From Gnetum montanum (Eukaryota > Plantae > Gnetophyta): 64,000 nt of DNA. A model generated the notes under the pieces. That model saw only the letters and a list, made by a program, of their open reading frames with translations, did no database searches and was not told where the DNA came from. The DNA lies in NCBI GenBank assembly GCA_015680685.1, contig MNCI01001860.1:154472-218471 (forward strand). Direction: 5' to 3'. Shown piece by piece: positions 26,628-41,457 of this stretch (position 1 is the first letter of the stretch; each line of letters starts with the position of its first letter). Position numbers and translations under genes: made by a program.

Positions 26628-29600
26628 TTTAAAACTTTGTAACATAAAAGTACACATACAAATTTAACATGGTTCCCCAACTTGGGTAGCCTACACTTGA
26701 AGGGTATATCACTAGCACATCTTCAAACTTTGTTGCTCTCAAAATGTGGTTGAAGGGTCCACACCCTATACAATCTTCAAGCCCCACTCCAAAGTGTTGT
26801 GTCACAACACCAGTCACTCAACTCTGTAAGGTCATGTTAAGCTTAGAATGTGATTTCTAGGCTTCCATAATCTTTATAGACTTGAACTTTGCTCTGAAGT
26901 GTTCTACCACAACACCAAAAACTCAATCCCATAGGATCTCGACAAGTTCAAGAAAGATTCCTTTCCACATCAACCCCAAAGGGTGATAAGAGAACAACAA
27001 TTACAAGGGATGAATGCAACTTAGTTTGCTAATCCTTATACTTTGAGGTACAACACACTTTACAATGAACAAATGATAATATAATAAAGAGAAACATAGA
27101 TTAAATGATAAACAAATGATTTGACAATGATTATACACAAGCTTGCACATTTTCCAATGCATATGATGTCTTCTTATTGCTACCATGTTTCTAAATCCAT
27201 CTTGGAACTCATGCAATGGCTAGGCAATAGTCACTAATGACCATGTAAGACATCTTCCTCATGCCTAATATGTCTTTCTGAATTTTCTTTTTATTCTATA
27301 AAGACATCTTTGTTTGGAAAAGACATCTCTTTGAAATCTCCATTTTGGAAGACATCATGTCTAGAGAAAGATGTCTTTCTAAACTTGGCCTATATTATAT
27401 GAAGACGTATTTGCCTAATTGAAGATGTCTTTATTTGGGAAAAGATATCTACTATTTCTTGAATATTTTTTTGCTTGTGTTTATTCCAATTCTACCAAGA
27501 TGTCTGCTATTTCCCAAAGATGTCTTTCTTCAACTTTCTTTGTCCTTTGAATTCATTGTTCCTTGTCCACAACTTTGATCTTCCTCATGCTTTAATAATG
27601 ATAAATTTTCTTGTATAGTATTTGATCCTTGTCCATGTTCTTTGGAATTATTTCATTTTTGTTTGAGACCTTGTGGATGACCTTTTCCTCTAATTTCTAG
27701 ACCAGTTCATTTCCTATCATTTACATAGGCTTTAACTCATCTTGGTTTCACATGTACGATGTCCTATAAACACAATAACCACACAATCATGCAAACAAAT
27801 TTTAACTCCATTTTACTTAATGTTTTTACACATCAAAATGTCCATAATATCCCCTTTTTTGGTGATGTTCAAAACTTAAGAAAATGGGTTAGTGATCATA
27901 CAAATAAAATCATACTACTCTCTCACTTTTTGAATAGTAGCAAAAAAGATAAAGGAAACAAACTTGGTTCTAAAGAGATATAATAAAGGAACAATAGATA
28001 ACAAAACATTATCCCAAAAATATATAGTGAAGTAAGAAAATTAATTTAAGTAGTGCACATTTTCCAATAGTAAGTTCCATGAAGAGGTGCCCTTAATTTG
28101 TCAAGAACTAATCCAAGCATTCCAAGTGATATTCAAAATTAAGGCATGAAGTGAAGTATAGGCATTGAAGATCAAGTAACTTATCTTTAAATTAATAAGT
28201 CATTAGTAGTTTGCATTGCATGGTTCTTTCATTTTCTAATATTTTCCATCCTTTTAAAACATTTGCAAAAGATCAAGGTAGTATAGAAATACTAATTAAA
28301 ACCAACCATGTAATATTCTTAATTCTTCATCTCTAGGAAAACTATTCAATAGATGATTCAATCAAAACTACAGATACTTTGCCAAAAAATGATCATGGTC
28401 TTTCTCATAAACTCAACTATTTATTTTACAAGATATAAGTACTTATCACTTTAGCTTATGATTGAATATCGAATATTTAGGCTAAAGATACATTAATATT
28501 TGCTCTTATCAATTAAAAAATAAAGGAACTACACATAAGCTTGATGCTAAAGACCAAAGGTAGGTGAAATAAGAAGTCTATCTAAGTGCCTCATTAAGAA
28601 TTGTATCTCTTAAGCAAAAATTTCTAGCTTTTACAAAAGGATAGGGAACTAACACAACGAAGCATTGATAGGTATTTGTATAAAGTCATACAACAAACAA
28701 AACACAACCATTTTTCAAACACAACTCACATACCTTATTTTTATCAAAGGATATTAGGAACACAAATTCAAGACACAATCATCCACTTAAAAAATACCTC
28801 TTGAAGACCTTTTCTTATTCATTTTGGAATATCTTGCTATTTTAGTATTTCTTTGCTCAACTCTCCAAAGACTCCCCCTACATTGGTGTCCTCCAAGATG
28901 ACAATGGATAATGAGGAGTAGGCTTCCCCTACACATGTGCAACTTTTCTTAGGCCTTTAAGATCAACTTGTAAATCATCAAAGTATTGCAACTATAATTC
29001 ACTATTAAGATCCAATGTGGAGACTAATGTTCTCAAATCACAATATTTCAGGGATCTATCTTATCTCATAAATAGAAAAAGTATTCCAAAGGACATGAGC
29101 TTAAGATTAGATCATCACAAGAAATTCAAATTAAGTAAGATTGAATGGAAAATAAGAAATCATTACAATTGCTACACTATAAATCTTCGCAAAACCAACT
29201 ATATCAATATCATGAAAGAATGTAAAAGATGCTCTAGATAGTTATTCCACCATTTTTTTGATCTAGACAACACACAAATAATTTTGAACTTCTCAAATGC
29301 TATTTTTATTAACTAGAAAGAAAATAGATGGAAAGATTACCTTGACTTACCTTGCTTACTCGGAAGAGGAGATGATTAATAGAGTTTGAGATGAGGTCCC
29401 CTATCATGAAGTACCTCCTTGTCCTTTGATTTTCTTTCATTAGATCATATATGTGATGGTTCTATTTGGTCATGATCTTTATGATAGAACCTCTAATCAC
29501 TTATTGCATCATTTTCAATTCTCCACCTCTCTTTATTCTTGCTTATTGGTACCTACACAATTTCCTTACCAAAGCCTTTTTGACAAGACCAAGAATTAAT

Positions 29601-32341
29601 CTTATTTTGATCATCATGAGTATAATTAAGAGCTTGCTTACAACCATAATTTTTACACAAAAATAAAGTATTATCCTCATGATCAAATCAAACCTTACTA
29701 TGCTTGAACTTAAACTTGAATCTTCATGTGTTACTTCTTCTAAATTCTTTGGTTGATTTTCAGGAGTCTCCTCTTCTTGAAGCTTGTTGCAATCCTTATT
29801 AAAAGAGGTTAGAAGTTGAATCTCAGATTTTATGCATAAGATCTCTTCTTTCATTTCAACATGACTAGATCTAACTTAAAAAGTACTAATTTATTTTCCT
29901 TCCTAATCAAATGATGTAAAAGAAAATTTTCTTCTATAAATTCACTATACCTCTTCTCACACTTACCATCTTGTTCAGCCATATGTGAGGAATTTTCATT
30001 GATAAGCACCATGCATATGAGATGTGAATATTTGGAAAAATTGCATGCTTCTTCTTCACTTTTCTCACCATTATCCCAAATTATATAAAATTTATTCTTT
30101 ATTGGTTTCTCATCATTGGATCTATTCTTTGATTATACCTTGCTATCACTTTAATCGCTAGGACATTTGAAGGCCATATTGCCTCTTCCTCCATGAACCC
30201 AACATTGTATAGAAGAGAAATATAAGTTAGAAGAATTTTTACCTATATATCTACCTCTAAAAAGCTTGGGTCTTTGTTGAGATGCTTTCTTATTTCTTCT
30301 TGTAAGCAAACATTGTAGTTTTTTTGAGAGAAGGGTAATCTCATCTTTGCTACCCTCATCATGTTCATTTGACTCCTTCTCCTTAGAGGTAGTCTTTAGA
30401 GCAATAGGTCTTTCTTGGATTGATCCTTTTCTTATGAGATTTATTTCATAAGCAATGAGAGTGCTTTGAAGCTCTTCAAATTTCAATGTTGAGAAATTTT
30501 TGATTTCCTCCATAGTGGTGACCTTTGCTCTAAACTCCAATTGTAGAGTTATGATCATTTTGATGATGACATCACTTTCAGGCATATCCTTTCCTATCTC
30601 TCTAATACCTATAACAAGATCATTATCTCTAGATATATAATGCTTTAATTTCTCATCTTCTCTCATTTTTAGTTTATTATACTCACTTTGTAAAACTAAT
30701 AATTTCAATTGCTTAACAATATATGTTCCCTCATAAGTATCTTCTAAAGTTTGCCAAATTTCGTTGGCTGTTTTACATCTTGGTACTCTATTAAATTCAA
30801 ATTTATTCAATGCATAATATAAAAGATTTTTTACTTTTGAATCAAACATAAACTTATCCTTTTCCTTTTGTGTCCATTTGTTGCAAGGATTGATGATGTT
30901 GATGGAGCTATCAATAGGTGAAGCATAGCCTTCAAGGATTGACTCCTACACTTCAAGCTCCATGGATTCAAAGAACCCTTGCATTCTTACTTTCCAATAG
31001 GAAAATTTAAATCCAACAAACATGGGTGACTTTGTGTAAGATGTCCCCTCCATTGTTCACTCTTGAAGTTGATGATGATAGAGAAGAGTACTAGGCTCCA
31101 ATACCACTTGTGGATCAGAGGGGTGTGGTGAATAAGTTCCCCAAATTAAAACTTTGTAATACAAAAACACACACATGAATTTAATATGATTCCCCAACTT
31201 GGGTAGTCCACACTTAGAGGGTAGATTGCTAGCACATCTTTGAACTTTGTTGCTCTGAAAATGTGGTTGAAGGATCCACATCCTATATAGTCTTCAAGCC
31301 CTACTCTAGAGTACTGTGTCACAATACTAGCCACTTAATCCCACAAGGTTCCATTAGGCTTGGAATGTGGTTTCTAGGCTTCCACAACCTTTACAAGCTG
31401 AGCTTTGCTCTAGAGTATTGTACAACAGCACCAATAACTCAATCCTGCAAGAACTTGACAAGCTTAAGCAAAATGACTGCCCACAAGAAGAACATGACAA
31501 CAAGAGAATAACAATTACAAGGGATGAATGCAACTTAGTTTACTAATCCTTTTACTTTGAGGTAAAAAAAACTTTACAATTAATAAATGATAATCCAATG
31601 AAGAGCAACTAAGATTACAATGATAAATAAATGATTTGACAATGATTTTACACAAGCTTGCACATTTCCCAATGCATATGATATCTTCTTATAGCTACCA
31701 TGTCTCTAAATCCATCTTTGAACTTGTGCAATGGCTAGGCAATGGTCACTAACAGTCATAGAAGACATTTTCTTCATTCTTAAGACATCTTTCTAAATTT
31801 GACTTCTATTCTAGAAAGCCATCTTTGTTTGGGAAAGACATCTCTTTGAAATCTCCATTCTGGAATATGTCTTTGTTTGAAGAAAGAAATCATTCTAAAA
31901 CTAGCCTATATTTTGTGAAGATACCTTTGCCTAATGGAAAATGTCTGCTATTTCTTGAAGATGTCGTTGCCTGTGTTCACTCTAATTTTGCCAAGACATC
32001 TGGTGTTTTCCAAAAATTTCTTTCTTTAAATTTCTTTGTCCTTTGAATTCATCATTCCTTGTCCAAACATTTGATCTTATACATGCTTTAATAATGAAAA
32101 ATTTTCTTGTGCAATATTTGTTCCTTGTCCACATTCTTTGAAATTCTTGCATGTTTGTTTGAGACCTTGTGAATGACCTTTTCCTTTGAGCTCTAGACCA
32201 GTTCATTTCTTGTCATTTACTTAGGCTTTAGCTCATCTTGGTTTCCTATGTACATTGCCTTGTAAATAGAATAAACACACAATCATGAAAACAACCTTGA
32301 CTCCATTTTACTTAACATGTTGACACACCAAAAGGTCCACA
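26628..32341 (-). mobile_element. Nested Ty1/Copia Sirevirus-like element, gag only; 5' LTR 31109-32341, 3' LTR ~26628-27846 (outer end eroded)
   Basis: ~1.2-kb direct repeats with TGTGGA..TCCACA termini. PBS ggctccaatacca (tRNA-iMet) at 31094-31106. PPT reads catcaccaaaaaaggggatat on the minus strand (Sirevirus AGGGGGAGATT type), with a second agggggag at ~28872-28879. Confidence 0.85.
30151..31053 (-). pseudogene. Copia/SIRE gag
   Basis: MEGTSYTKSPMF.G..FSYWKVRM..F..S....V*ESILEGY..., then KNLLYYALNK.EFNRV..CKTANEIWQTLEDTYEGT..VKQ.KL..L..EY..LKM..DE, LIAYE, and a decayed zinc knuckle C...GGRG.MAFKC. One in-frame stop. Confidence 0.9.
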
Positions 32342-35300
32342 TAAGCATCTCCATAGAATGCTTCCTTAACCAAAGATCCTTTCTTTCCTTCCTTTTTCTC
32401 TTCTTCACCTTCTTACTCTTAGTGTTTGGAAGGCTATCAGTTAGCTTCCTTTCATCATTAGAACCTCAGCAACTTAGATTGCCTTCATGCTTCTCATCCA
32501 TTTTATAGCTAAGACAATCAAATTCATCACTATCAATGTTCTCACCAACATCAATAATGATCTTCTCACAATGACTATGCCAATAGCCATCATTCTCAAA
32601 ATTAGTCTTTTTCTCACTAACAATGGCATTAAAAGTCATAACATGACTCTCATTCTCATCACAATCATCAAAATCATCATGATGCTCATCAATACCTTGA
32701 ACAAATCACTACCAAGCGAAAGTGAAATAGTAGCATCCATCACACTAGCTTCAACATGAGAGACATTACTACTATCAACAAGGTAAATCTTAAACTTACT
32801 TAACTCTTCATGGCTTCTTCCATCCATATTTTATTCAACTTGATCTTTAATATGTGGCAATCTAGCCTCATTAAAGCTTGAAGGTTCAAGATTTCAAATA
32901 GGAGTTCCCAATTTCAATGTCTTCTCCTCTTCAAAGAAATCATCAACAAGATATTCATTCCATTCTTGAGGTACCGAATCAAAAGGTAAACTCTCCTCCA
33001 TGGTTTTAGTATCAAATTCATCACAAACATCATCAAATAAATCATTATTCCACATATCTTAGCTAGAAGACTCATTCCTCTCCCATGATATAACCTCAAC
33101 TTGGCTTAGAATCTCCTATTTCTTGCCACAAGGTATAGAGAAATTGTAAAAATAATTAGCATCATAACTTCTAGTGTTACTTTTGATCTTTATGAAGAAA
33201 TTCCTTGATCTTCTCTAGTCCTTTATCTTTGATATTTCGCCTTCCATGACTTATGAGGTAGGAACTCTCCTTGATCAAGATTATACACCATCTTGGACTT
33301 TGAAGATCTCTTGGTTCCCTCTCTTGAAATCTTTTATGTAGTGAGCACTCCTTTGCTTAATAAGAGATACCTGAGAACTTCTCATTGATATTTACTTCAC
33401 TAGACATTTCATCTTCTTTCTTTTCTTGATAGCTAGAAGATATTCTCTTGATTCTCCTAAAAATATTTCTTAAGTTAGTCTTGAATTTCTCCATATCTCT
33501 TCTTCTTAAAGTTTTTGCAAAATCTTGGTGCTTGTGGACCTTTACTTTGGGAAAAAGATCTTACATTTCAGTCATAAAAACCTTAAGGCAATCCATGAAT
33601 TCTAAAGCTCTTGTTCAAGCTCTATATTATTAATCTTCTTAAGATCCATACCTTTCATAGGTTTAAAGGTAAAACTTAAAGAAACAAGAATGATATCCAA
33701 AATAAAATGCAAAAATATCCACATTAATGTTTCTTTCATTGAAACAAAACAACAAGCTTCAATATAAAAGTATAAATTTCAATCAATTCACTTCAAACCC
33801 TAGCCTTTCAAATAAATTTGTGCTCAAAAATTATAAAAGAAAATTGCCCTTAAAAGATCCAAGTACTCTTTACCAATCTTAGGTTCTCCAAATTCTAACT
33901 AGCTGTAAAGCTTCAAAAGTCTTCAAAATTTCTTCAAAATCTTGATGAAGATCAACAATTCAATTGTCTCCAAAACAAGTGTGGAAACCTCTAAACTAAG
34001 TGTCATAATACCAATATAATGTGGATCCTACCTCAACAAACACTGAAAGGATCTATTCCATAATCTTCATTAGTAATTTCAACATAGGAAACAAGAACAA
34101 GGTATTGAATTGGAGAAAAAAATCTCCTTTTTCAAAGAAAACTCTCAAATGTAGAGAAATACATCAAATATGAGGTGTTAGGCTTAACTCACATCTCTTC
34201 CAAGGATCTTAGAGGTCACACATGTCTCTTCCCAATCCTAAAGTGCTCTCGCTTTCCTCTTACTCAAACTCTTCTATACAAGCTCTGAAATTTCTCTTGC
34301 ACAAACTCTCTTCTTGCATAAGATCACAAATGACTAGCCTTCTCCTTAAGACTAGCCTACTTCCTCTAATTATCTTGATTAGCCTTAGGCCTTTGGTGTC
34401 TTTTTATAGCTTCTTGGTGTGACCTTTCATCTCCCTTCTAATTTACCATTTAATTTAATGTCCATTAAAATTTGTATGAGACATCTTAGAAAAATAGGAG
34501 ACATCTTTCCTGAGTGCAAAAATGTCAGAGGAGATGCCTTGAAATTTGAGGAGACATCTTGGAGAAGATGTCTTGCTTGCTAGAGAGACATCTTGCATGC
34601 TTAAGAGACATCTCTCTTGCTAGGGCCAAAAATAAATATGATTGTTTTAAGGTCTAGAACCTCTTGATGTCTCTAAATAGGTTATGATAGATCCTTGAAC
34701 CCCCTAAACTCATCAAAATGAGATCAAAACTCCCTAAACATGCCAAAACACCCTAGAATCCTCATCACAAGGTCAACACAAGAAGACACACATAAATAGA
34801 AAACACACACATATCCAAGATACATTGAGGGTTATACAAGGGTTGGGTGATATTCTCATCAGGCACCTCCCTCATGACTAAACTTATGGGTGTGCATTTA
34901 GAAGATGTACTTTAAATGTCCTTGGTTATACACCATAAGTTTCTTTTTTATCATCTTTAATGATTTATGTTTGTGCTTATTAGCATATTTAACATTGATG
35001 ATAATCAAGTTTTGGTCATTTGGAGATATATATTCAACTAGAATAGAAGATATTTATATTTAAGAAGGTCTAGATATGTTTTATTATGCTCTATTTTAGT
35101 TTTTAGATCTCTTTGTTTATCACTTTCTTCTAATGTATGGTTAGGGTGTAAGATGTTCTTTTGTAAGTTTTTAGTTTTGTTCATTTTCTTAAGACAAGAG
35201 CTAATAAGTGGTTGGGATATTTTAATGCATCTTTTGGATAGGGTGTTATTCTTATTTTCTAGCCACTAGATGTCTTTTGGTTTAGTGGCTATTGTATAGA

Positions 35301-35399
35301 CATGGTTTTGCATACATACTTATTCTTTAAGTTTTTTGTGGGCTAGTATAGGTATCATGTTAATACTTTAAAATTTCAACCCACAACTACATCCTTTGT

Positions 35400-38300
35400 C
35401 ATTATAAGTAATGCATGAAATTTCTTGTCTCTCCACCATGTCATGTTCAAGTTTGATGTTTTATTTTGGAGTGGTAATGACTATTGGCTTTTGCATGGGA
35501 TTAGGAGGCATTATTTTTGTAAGGAAGGGGGTTGCACCATATTGTTATTGTTTTGGTTCTAATGAGCTAGGAGGCCTAATACATGCAGGAACTATTCTAA
35601 AGAAAAGATGTTTTTAAGGCTTGTACTCGATGTCACTGGTACTATTTTCATTTTGCATGTTCATAGCACAAGTGGCATTCTTCTATTAAGTTTATGGTGC
35701 TAGTTATTCTTGCATTGTTAATGATGACATATGTTGAAGGAGAGTATGAGAGTATTAAGGATATGATAGATGATAAGAGACATGGAACAATGATTCCAAA
35801 TAAGATATTGTGGGTTGATGTTATACAGAAGGGTATTGGTAGTGAAGTTGAGGCATGGATAGTAGAATCATTAGAAGAAATATGTTGTTGCATATAGTAT
35901 CCATAAGGTTTTGAGTAGTAATAAAGATATTGCTAATTTGATGATGGAATCCCCAATTATTATTGGTTTTGCTATTGTTATTGATAGTAGTCTTGAGGTT
36001 GAGTAGGAGCCCTTCTTGGATAGTATTATTAGTTATAAAATTTTCTATGATTACTTGGTAGATAAGGCAATCTCCTATGCATTTTATTTTCCACAAACTT
36101 GGAATTTAAAGAAAAAGTTCTAGACTCCTGTAGATGTAACATAATTGGGTAATAGCCCTTTTGATGTTCATATTCACAAATGGTACGTCCATCATCCTCC
36201 TCTATGCCTGAGTCTACAACCTCTTGCATTATTGCATGTTTCCCATTTTGTGATAAGTGTTCCTACTTATTTTGTTATTCTTCCTCTTCTTGTCTTGGTT
36301 TATTGATTCTACTTGCTTTACCTTCTCCTCTATGATTTTCAAGTTGGTTGTAACTTTTTTATCCATTAATTCCTACATCTTATCTACCCTTACTACAATC
36401 TCAATGATGAAATTTTGTATTAGCAAGGTTTTATGTGAAATCATCTCATTAAGATCTACCTCTTCTCCCTAATCACAAATATGAACCTTATTTTTATGAA
36501 GGGTTGGATCTCGGTTATATACCTCTATGTTCTTCTTTATGTACAACTCTTCATCTTCTTTTACTACTTATTTAATTAGCCTTTGTATCTAATGGAATCT
36601 CAACTCTGATAATCTTTCTTAGGCATAGATCCCAAGGGTCTCTTTTGTGTTGTTACGAAGCCCATCTATGATGTGACGAAGGTACTTAGTTTGAGAAAAT
36701 CCATGACCTAGGCATCTATGCAGTATAGAATAATATTTTTCCAAGGCTATATCAATGGATTCATGGCTCTCTTTCTTCTACCTTTGAAATTGTTTTCTTA
36801 AATCAAACACTCTTGAATAGGTTTGATATTTCTCATTGAAGAGCTCAAGCATTATGAACCATCAATGAATTGAATCTAGTTCTAATGATCTATACCAACT
36901 GTTATCTTCTTCTATTAGTATCTTGGGAAAGAACTTAAGCTTTTACCACTTACTTTCACTATTTTTCAAGGCACAAGGATCATGGAAGACTTGTAAATTA
37001 TGTTATGTATCAGAATTGTAGTCTTCCTCAATTTTAGAAATGTTATTAATATTAAGCCATTTGATAAGAATTTTCCTTTGATGTGTGTGGGGTATTCTAA
37101 CTGCCTTCCTGATATGTATCATGTTACTAGTAGCCAACAAGGGTTCATAATCATTAGACATGTTATGATCATAATCTCTATTTCTATTTATCTGATTGTA
37201 ATGGTTTCATCTCTACTTCATTTGGTACCTTGTATCTTGTCTTTGATTTCTATTTCTATTTTTTTAATTGTGATGATTTCATCTATGCTCTATTTGGTAC
37301 CTTGTATCTTGTCTTTGATCTCTGTTTCTATCTTCATCTTAATCCCTTAGTAAAGCTCTATTTCCATAACAATGTTCATCTTTATCAAAACTAGACAATG
37401 AAGAAGAATAGGAAGATGATGAACTAGGAGAAGCACCATGGCTCCCATATTTCCCCCTTTGGTCCTTTAGTTCATCTCTTCTAGGGTACTAGAGGTTTTA
37501 GGCATTGATATCCTCCTTGTCCTAAGACTTGTTCCATCCCCTCTAAGATTGTCTATGATAGTTGAACATACTCTTTGAATACAATAAGGGTTAGCATGAG
37601 CATATGAGACCCCTTCTTGCAATAGTTTACTCCAACTTTATTCAATATAGATGCTATCATTACTTCTACTAGTGTTCTCATAGTATAATGGACTATTAAT
37701 GCAATGTGAAGAAGACATGTTTTTAGTTAATAATGTATGTGGCTTAAAATATCAATTTTTTCTAAAAGATAAATTGTTAGTGTTTTTACAATGATTCATT
37801 CATGATATAACTAATCTAAATCACTAGCACCATCCCTGGTAATAGTGTCAATGATGTGCAATGAGTGTTTCCTATTCCCAACCATACAAATCACAAGTGT
37901 GTATCTGCAATCTAGTTGAATTCTGTAGAACTTTAACTAATAGTATCTTAGATAATTAAGTGTGATGTTGTTGGTCATTGTCTTTCCAATCATCACTTGT
38001 GCTAGCTTGATGGGCATGTTTAAGTAATATTGAGGCATAAAATATTTGTATTTTTGTTATTTTTATCATTAAAATATTAAAACAATAAAGTGATTAAAGA
38101 ATTAATTTCTAACTACAGAATTAAGAGTAATCTAAGCTATCCTAAGCATAGAGCATCTATTTCCACTTTCTCTACCCATCCTGAATCTACATTAATGTTG
38201 TTGGTTTACCAAATGTCTACTATTGGGCATACCAAGTATCCATTGCTGGGATCACCAAACATTAATATATTATGCCTAAAGTAGTTGTACTCATACTATT

Positions 38301-38767
38301 ATAAAATAAAATATTAAATTGCTAAGTGTTGGAAAGTAAAGTGCATTTAAGAGTAAAATGCTAAAAATAAACTAAGTGCTAGTTTGAGTGTTGCATTGGA
38401 AGGAATTAATATTAATTTTATTATTGTCATGCAGAATTGTCTAGGTACATCATGCACTTAAATAAAACTTCATACAATCAACTCAATCCAGGATGTGGCA
38501 CTCAAAGGGAAATTTGGCTAAGTTTTATGAAAGAAAAGTATAAGAGTCTCACTACTAGAATGACCAAAGGTACCATAAACATGATAGATGACTCATATTT
38601 ATAGGCATTTACTATAATTGTGATATTGTATTTGTAACACAACATCCCAACCTACGATATAGTATGCGATGTAGCAGCTATCATAGATGCAATATCTTAG
38701 ACAATTAGTAGAATTGACATGATTGATCAATTAACTATCCCTACAGTGATGCTTATCTAAGGTATTA
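35400..38767 (-). mobile_element. Truncated Athila-like element: 5' LTR ~37852-38767, PBS, R/D/H-rich region and gag
   Basis: Decayed PBS next to tgatg at 37852. Internal sequence is colinear with 53100-55500 (e.g. ICEYEHQKGYYPIMLHLQES vs CKVCQYEHPKGCCPIMTHFQES). ~60-bp tandem repeats at 37170-37335. Confidence 0.8.
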
Positions 38768-40317
38768 TAGCTCTCTCTGATCCTTTAATACCTACTAGTC
38801 ACCCAAACATATTGACATCATTACAAGCTTCACTTTTCGATACTATCAACTAGGCATGTTCTTATGTTTTGAACCCTTCTTATATTACCATAGGTATGGA
38901 AACCTAAAACCTATGTCCTTGTGGGTTGCCAATATTTTAAAGCCATAATTTTTTAACTAGAGTGTGGCTTTGGAGCACAACAAGAGCACCCCCAACATTT
39001 GGTCACGATTGTCATAATGCTAACTCACATGCACTATTTGTGATGGCTAGTTGCCATCTCTTTGTGATTTTCTTTGTTTGCTAATTTTGTTTTGGTTGTC
39101 ATCAGAACAACTATAGTTTTTATTGGCCTTAAAATTTCTAAGCCTTGTGACTTTCCTTCTACTTTATGTGCTAAAGGACATACACAACCAATACAAAATT
39201 TTAGAACTTTTATATAACTTAGTAGTAATGATTGGAATCAAACAGATAACTTAGAGTTCCATACCAAAAGTATTACCACCAAGGTAGTAACACCTCATCT
39301 AGTTGATGCTCTATAAAAATAAAAATAAAAATAATATTAATTTTTTATTTTGTATGTCTTGAATATGAAAATCCCAAAGATAATGTTTAATAATTAACAC
39401 CAAAATATTGCTTTCAATGTTTTGGTGTTCCTTAACTCCTTTCGATGGAACTCGTAATATCGATTTGGCCTCCTTGTGTACCATCCGGTCCCCAAACACA
39501 TTTAGTCCTAAAGTCATTTAGCGAAGAACTCATCATATTGAATATATAAAAATATAAGCTTTGAAGTCTGAACCAGCTTTGTAGCCACTAGTGTTTAGAT
39601 GTTATTCCTGAAAAGCCACTTTATCATCTTAAAAGTAGCGAACGAAGGGTTTCTACGTCAGGCAACCATGCCTATCGTTAACAATTAAATTCCTTGGTTT
39701 TCTGATGGAATGAAGTTTATCAGAGTTAGATTTTGTAAATTCCATGTTTACACGTCCTGAATGAAGTTTATTTGAAAGGCAACTGTAGCCTATGCTGGCT
39801 GAGAAGAGAAGCAGCAGCAGGAAAATGCATTCAGATTATCATCAGAACCTTAATGCTCGTTCCGTTAAGCAGTTTTGGAGTGGGCAGGTTAGAATTCGAA
39901 TCCATATTTTTTGACGTGAGAAATTAAAACCTTGAACAAATGGAAGAGTGTGATGGCTGAGTGAAAGCATAACCTTTTTGAGTACGTAATCCGACTTAAG
40001 CAATAACGACCTCAAAAAAATGCAGCCAATCGAAGAAAATACCGGTAATGTGATGTGCATGATACCGCTTACGGAGGTTAACCTCAATAACTAGAACCGG
40101 TAAGCCTTTTAACTTATTCCGTAGTACGGATGATGGAAAGATTCATTTTTATTTTATGTCTTTTACGGCTGAATTCGAGTTCTTACCCTTGTATCAAACA
40201 TCTACACCAGTCGTTAAAAGTATCAACTAGTTCTCTGAGTTTAAAATTTGCAGACGTGTCGTTTTAAACGCGGTGGAATGTTCAGCTCTTAAATCCGGAA
40301 AAGCTAATCACGATATA

Positions 40318-40531
40318 ACTAATGGTTTTTCAAAAAAAAAAAAAAGTGCAAATTGTTGGTAGAGCGTGGGAGAGGTACAGATTTTCGTAAATTCCATGTC
40401 ATTGCCTGTGAATGCTGGAACTAAATGGTTTTTGAAAAAAAAAAACTAAGTGAATTTTTGGTAGAGCACTAGATTATCATGGGAGAGGTACAGATTTTCA
40501 TAAATTCCATGTCATTGTGTGTGAATGCTGG
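40318..40531 (+). repeat. Tandem duplication of ~100-110 bp
   Basis: aatggttttt.aaaaaaaa...ggtagagc...tgggagaggtacagattttc.taaattccatgtcattg..tgtgaatgctgg occurs twice. Confidence 0.85.
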
Positions 40532-41457
40532 TGTAGGAACACCTCTTCCGATTCTCCTGTGCTTGTTCTATAAGTTGTTTTTGCAGGTTTTTACACTTGG
40601 AGAAGACCTAGAAGGTCATGTCCCATTTGTGTGTTGATTTTTATCATGAAGATTTTTGAATATTTTAGCATGTTTGGAAGTGTTTTTGGCTTATTTTGAT
40701 GAGTTTAAGAGGTTTTAGAGTCTATGGGAAGTTGGGCACTTATTGGGTGGCATCTAAAGGCTTCCGGCATCAAAACAAATATTTTTATTTTTTGCACCTT
40801 TAGGATAGATGTCTCCCTCCCTAAAAAAAAAGACGCCTTTCCTCAATTGAAGATGTTTCCGGTGCATAGAAGACATCAACCAAAAGTAGTAGATATTTGT
40901 CTGAAAGTAGGGCTTTCACAAAAGACGTCTCCCTGAAGTGTAGACGTCTTTAGTCCATAGAAGACGTCTACCAAAAACAATAAACATCTCTCCCAAGAGT
41001 AGGGCCTTTAGGGAAGATGTCTATATGAAACAAGAGGCATCTACGTCAGCAAAAAAGAAAAGCTTTGATGAAGCATATCAGTTAGAAAATATTCAAAAGA
41101 CTATAGCTCCATGTGGGAAACATCTAGGGAGGCAAATAGAAAGCTTCCTAGGGTTTTGGATCTTTATAATTATGTATGCCTTCATCCATAAGGAGGAGAG
41201 TTTTGTATGCAAGGAGAACCGGGCAAGAAAGATTGGGTGAGAACATTAGGTGAGTCCAATAGGTGATTGCAGCTCCAAGATCAACTTGTGGTGTGTTGAT
41301 CTATGTGTTCTATTTACTTATATCTCATTTGTGTTCTATTTACTTATATCTCATTTGTGGGTTGAGATCTCAGTTCGGGGTTGTGGGAGAGATTTCTATT
41401 GCTTTTGTCTTTCATTGAGAACAACCATGGTGTATTTGTAGAGCCTCATGCTCTACA
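40532..41457 (+). mobile_element. LTR related to the 25557/34017 LTRs, in opposite orientation
   Basis: TGTAG...CTACA termini. 40660-40730 is the reverse complement of 26221-26290. Contains an AGACGTCT palindrome array and is followed by a PBS-like tgg; no TSD seen. Confidence 0.75.

Larger units (their letters stand above)
25557..34861 (-). mobile_element. Non-autonomous LTR retrotransposon with LTRs at 25557-26401 and 34017-34861
   Basis: Two 845-bp direct repeats; TSD gacac/ggcac (25552-25556, 34862-34866). Decayed tRNA-Met-like PBS (...atacca at ~34001-34013) and PPT tctcttccaccc at 26402. Empty site visible at 62101-62140. No pol recognised. Confidence 0.85.
23655..35310 (-). mobile_element. 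Older repeat, copy 1 (pieces 23655-24255, 25290-25556, 34862-35310), probably a hAT-like relic with a BED-type zinc finger, split by later insertions
   Basis: Colinear with 52060-52215 plus 61427-62560. Minus frame at 34887-35000 reads C*IC-x25-HLLNAHP, i.e. CQIC once TAA is read as decayed CAA. Confidence 0.55.

Noticed and set aside
40345-40400. tggtagagcg as a tRNA D-arm
   Set aside because: No T-arm, acceptor stem or B box follows.
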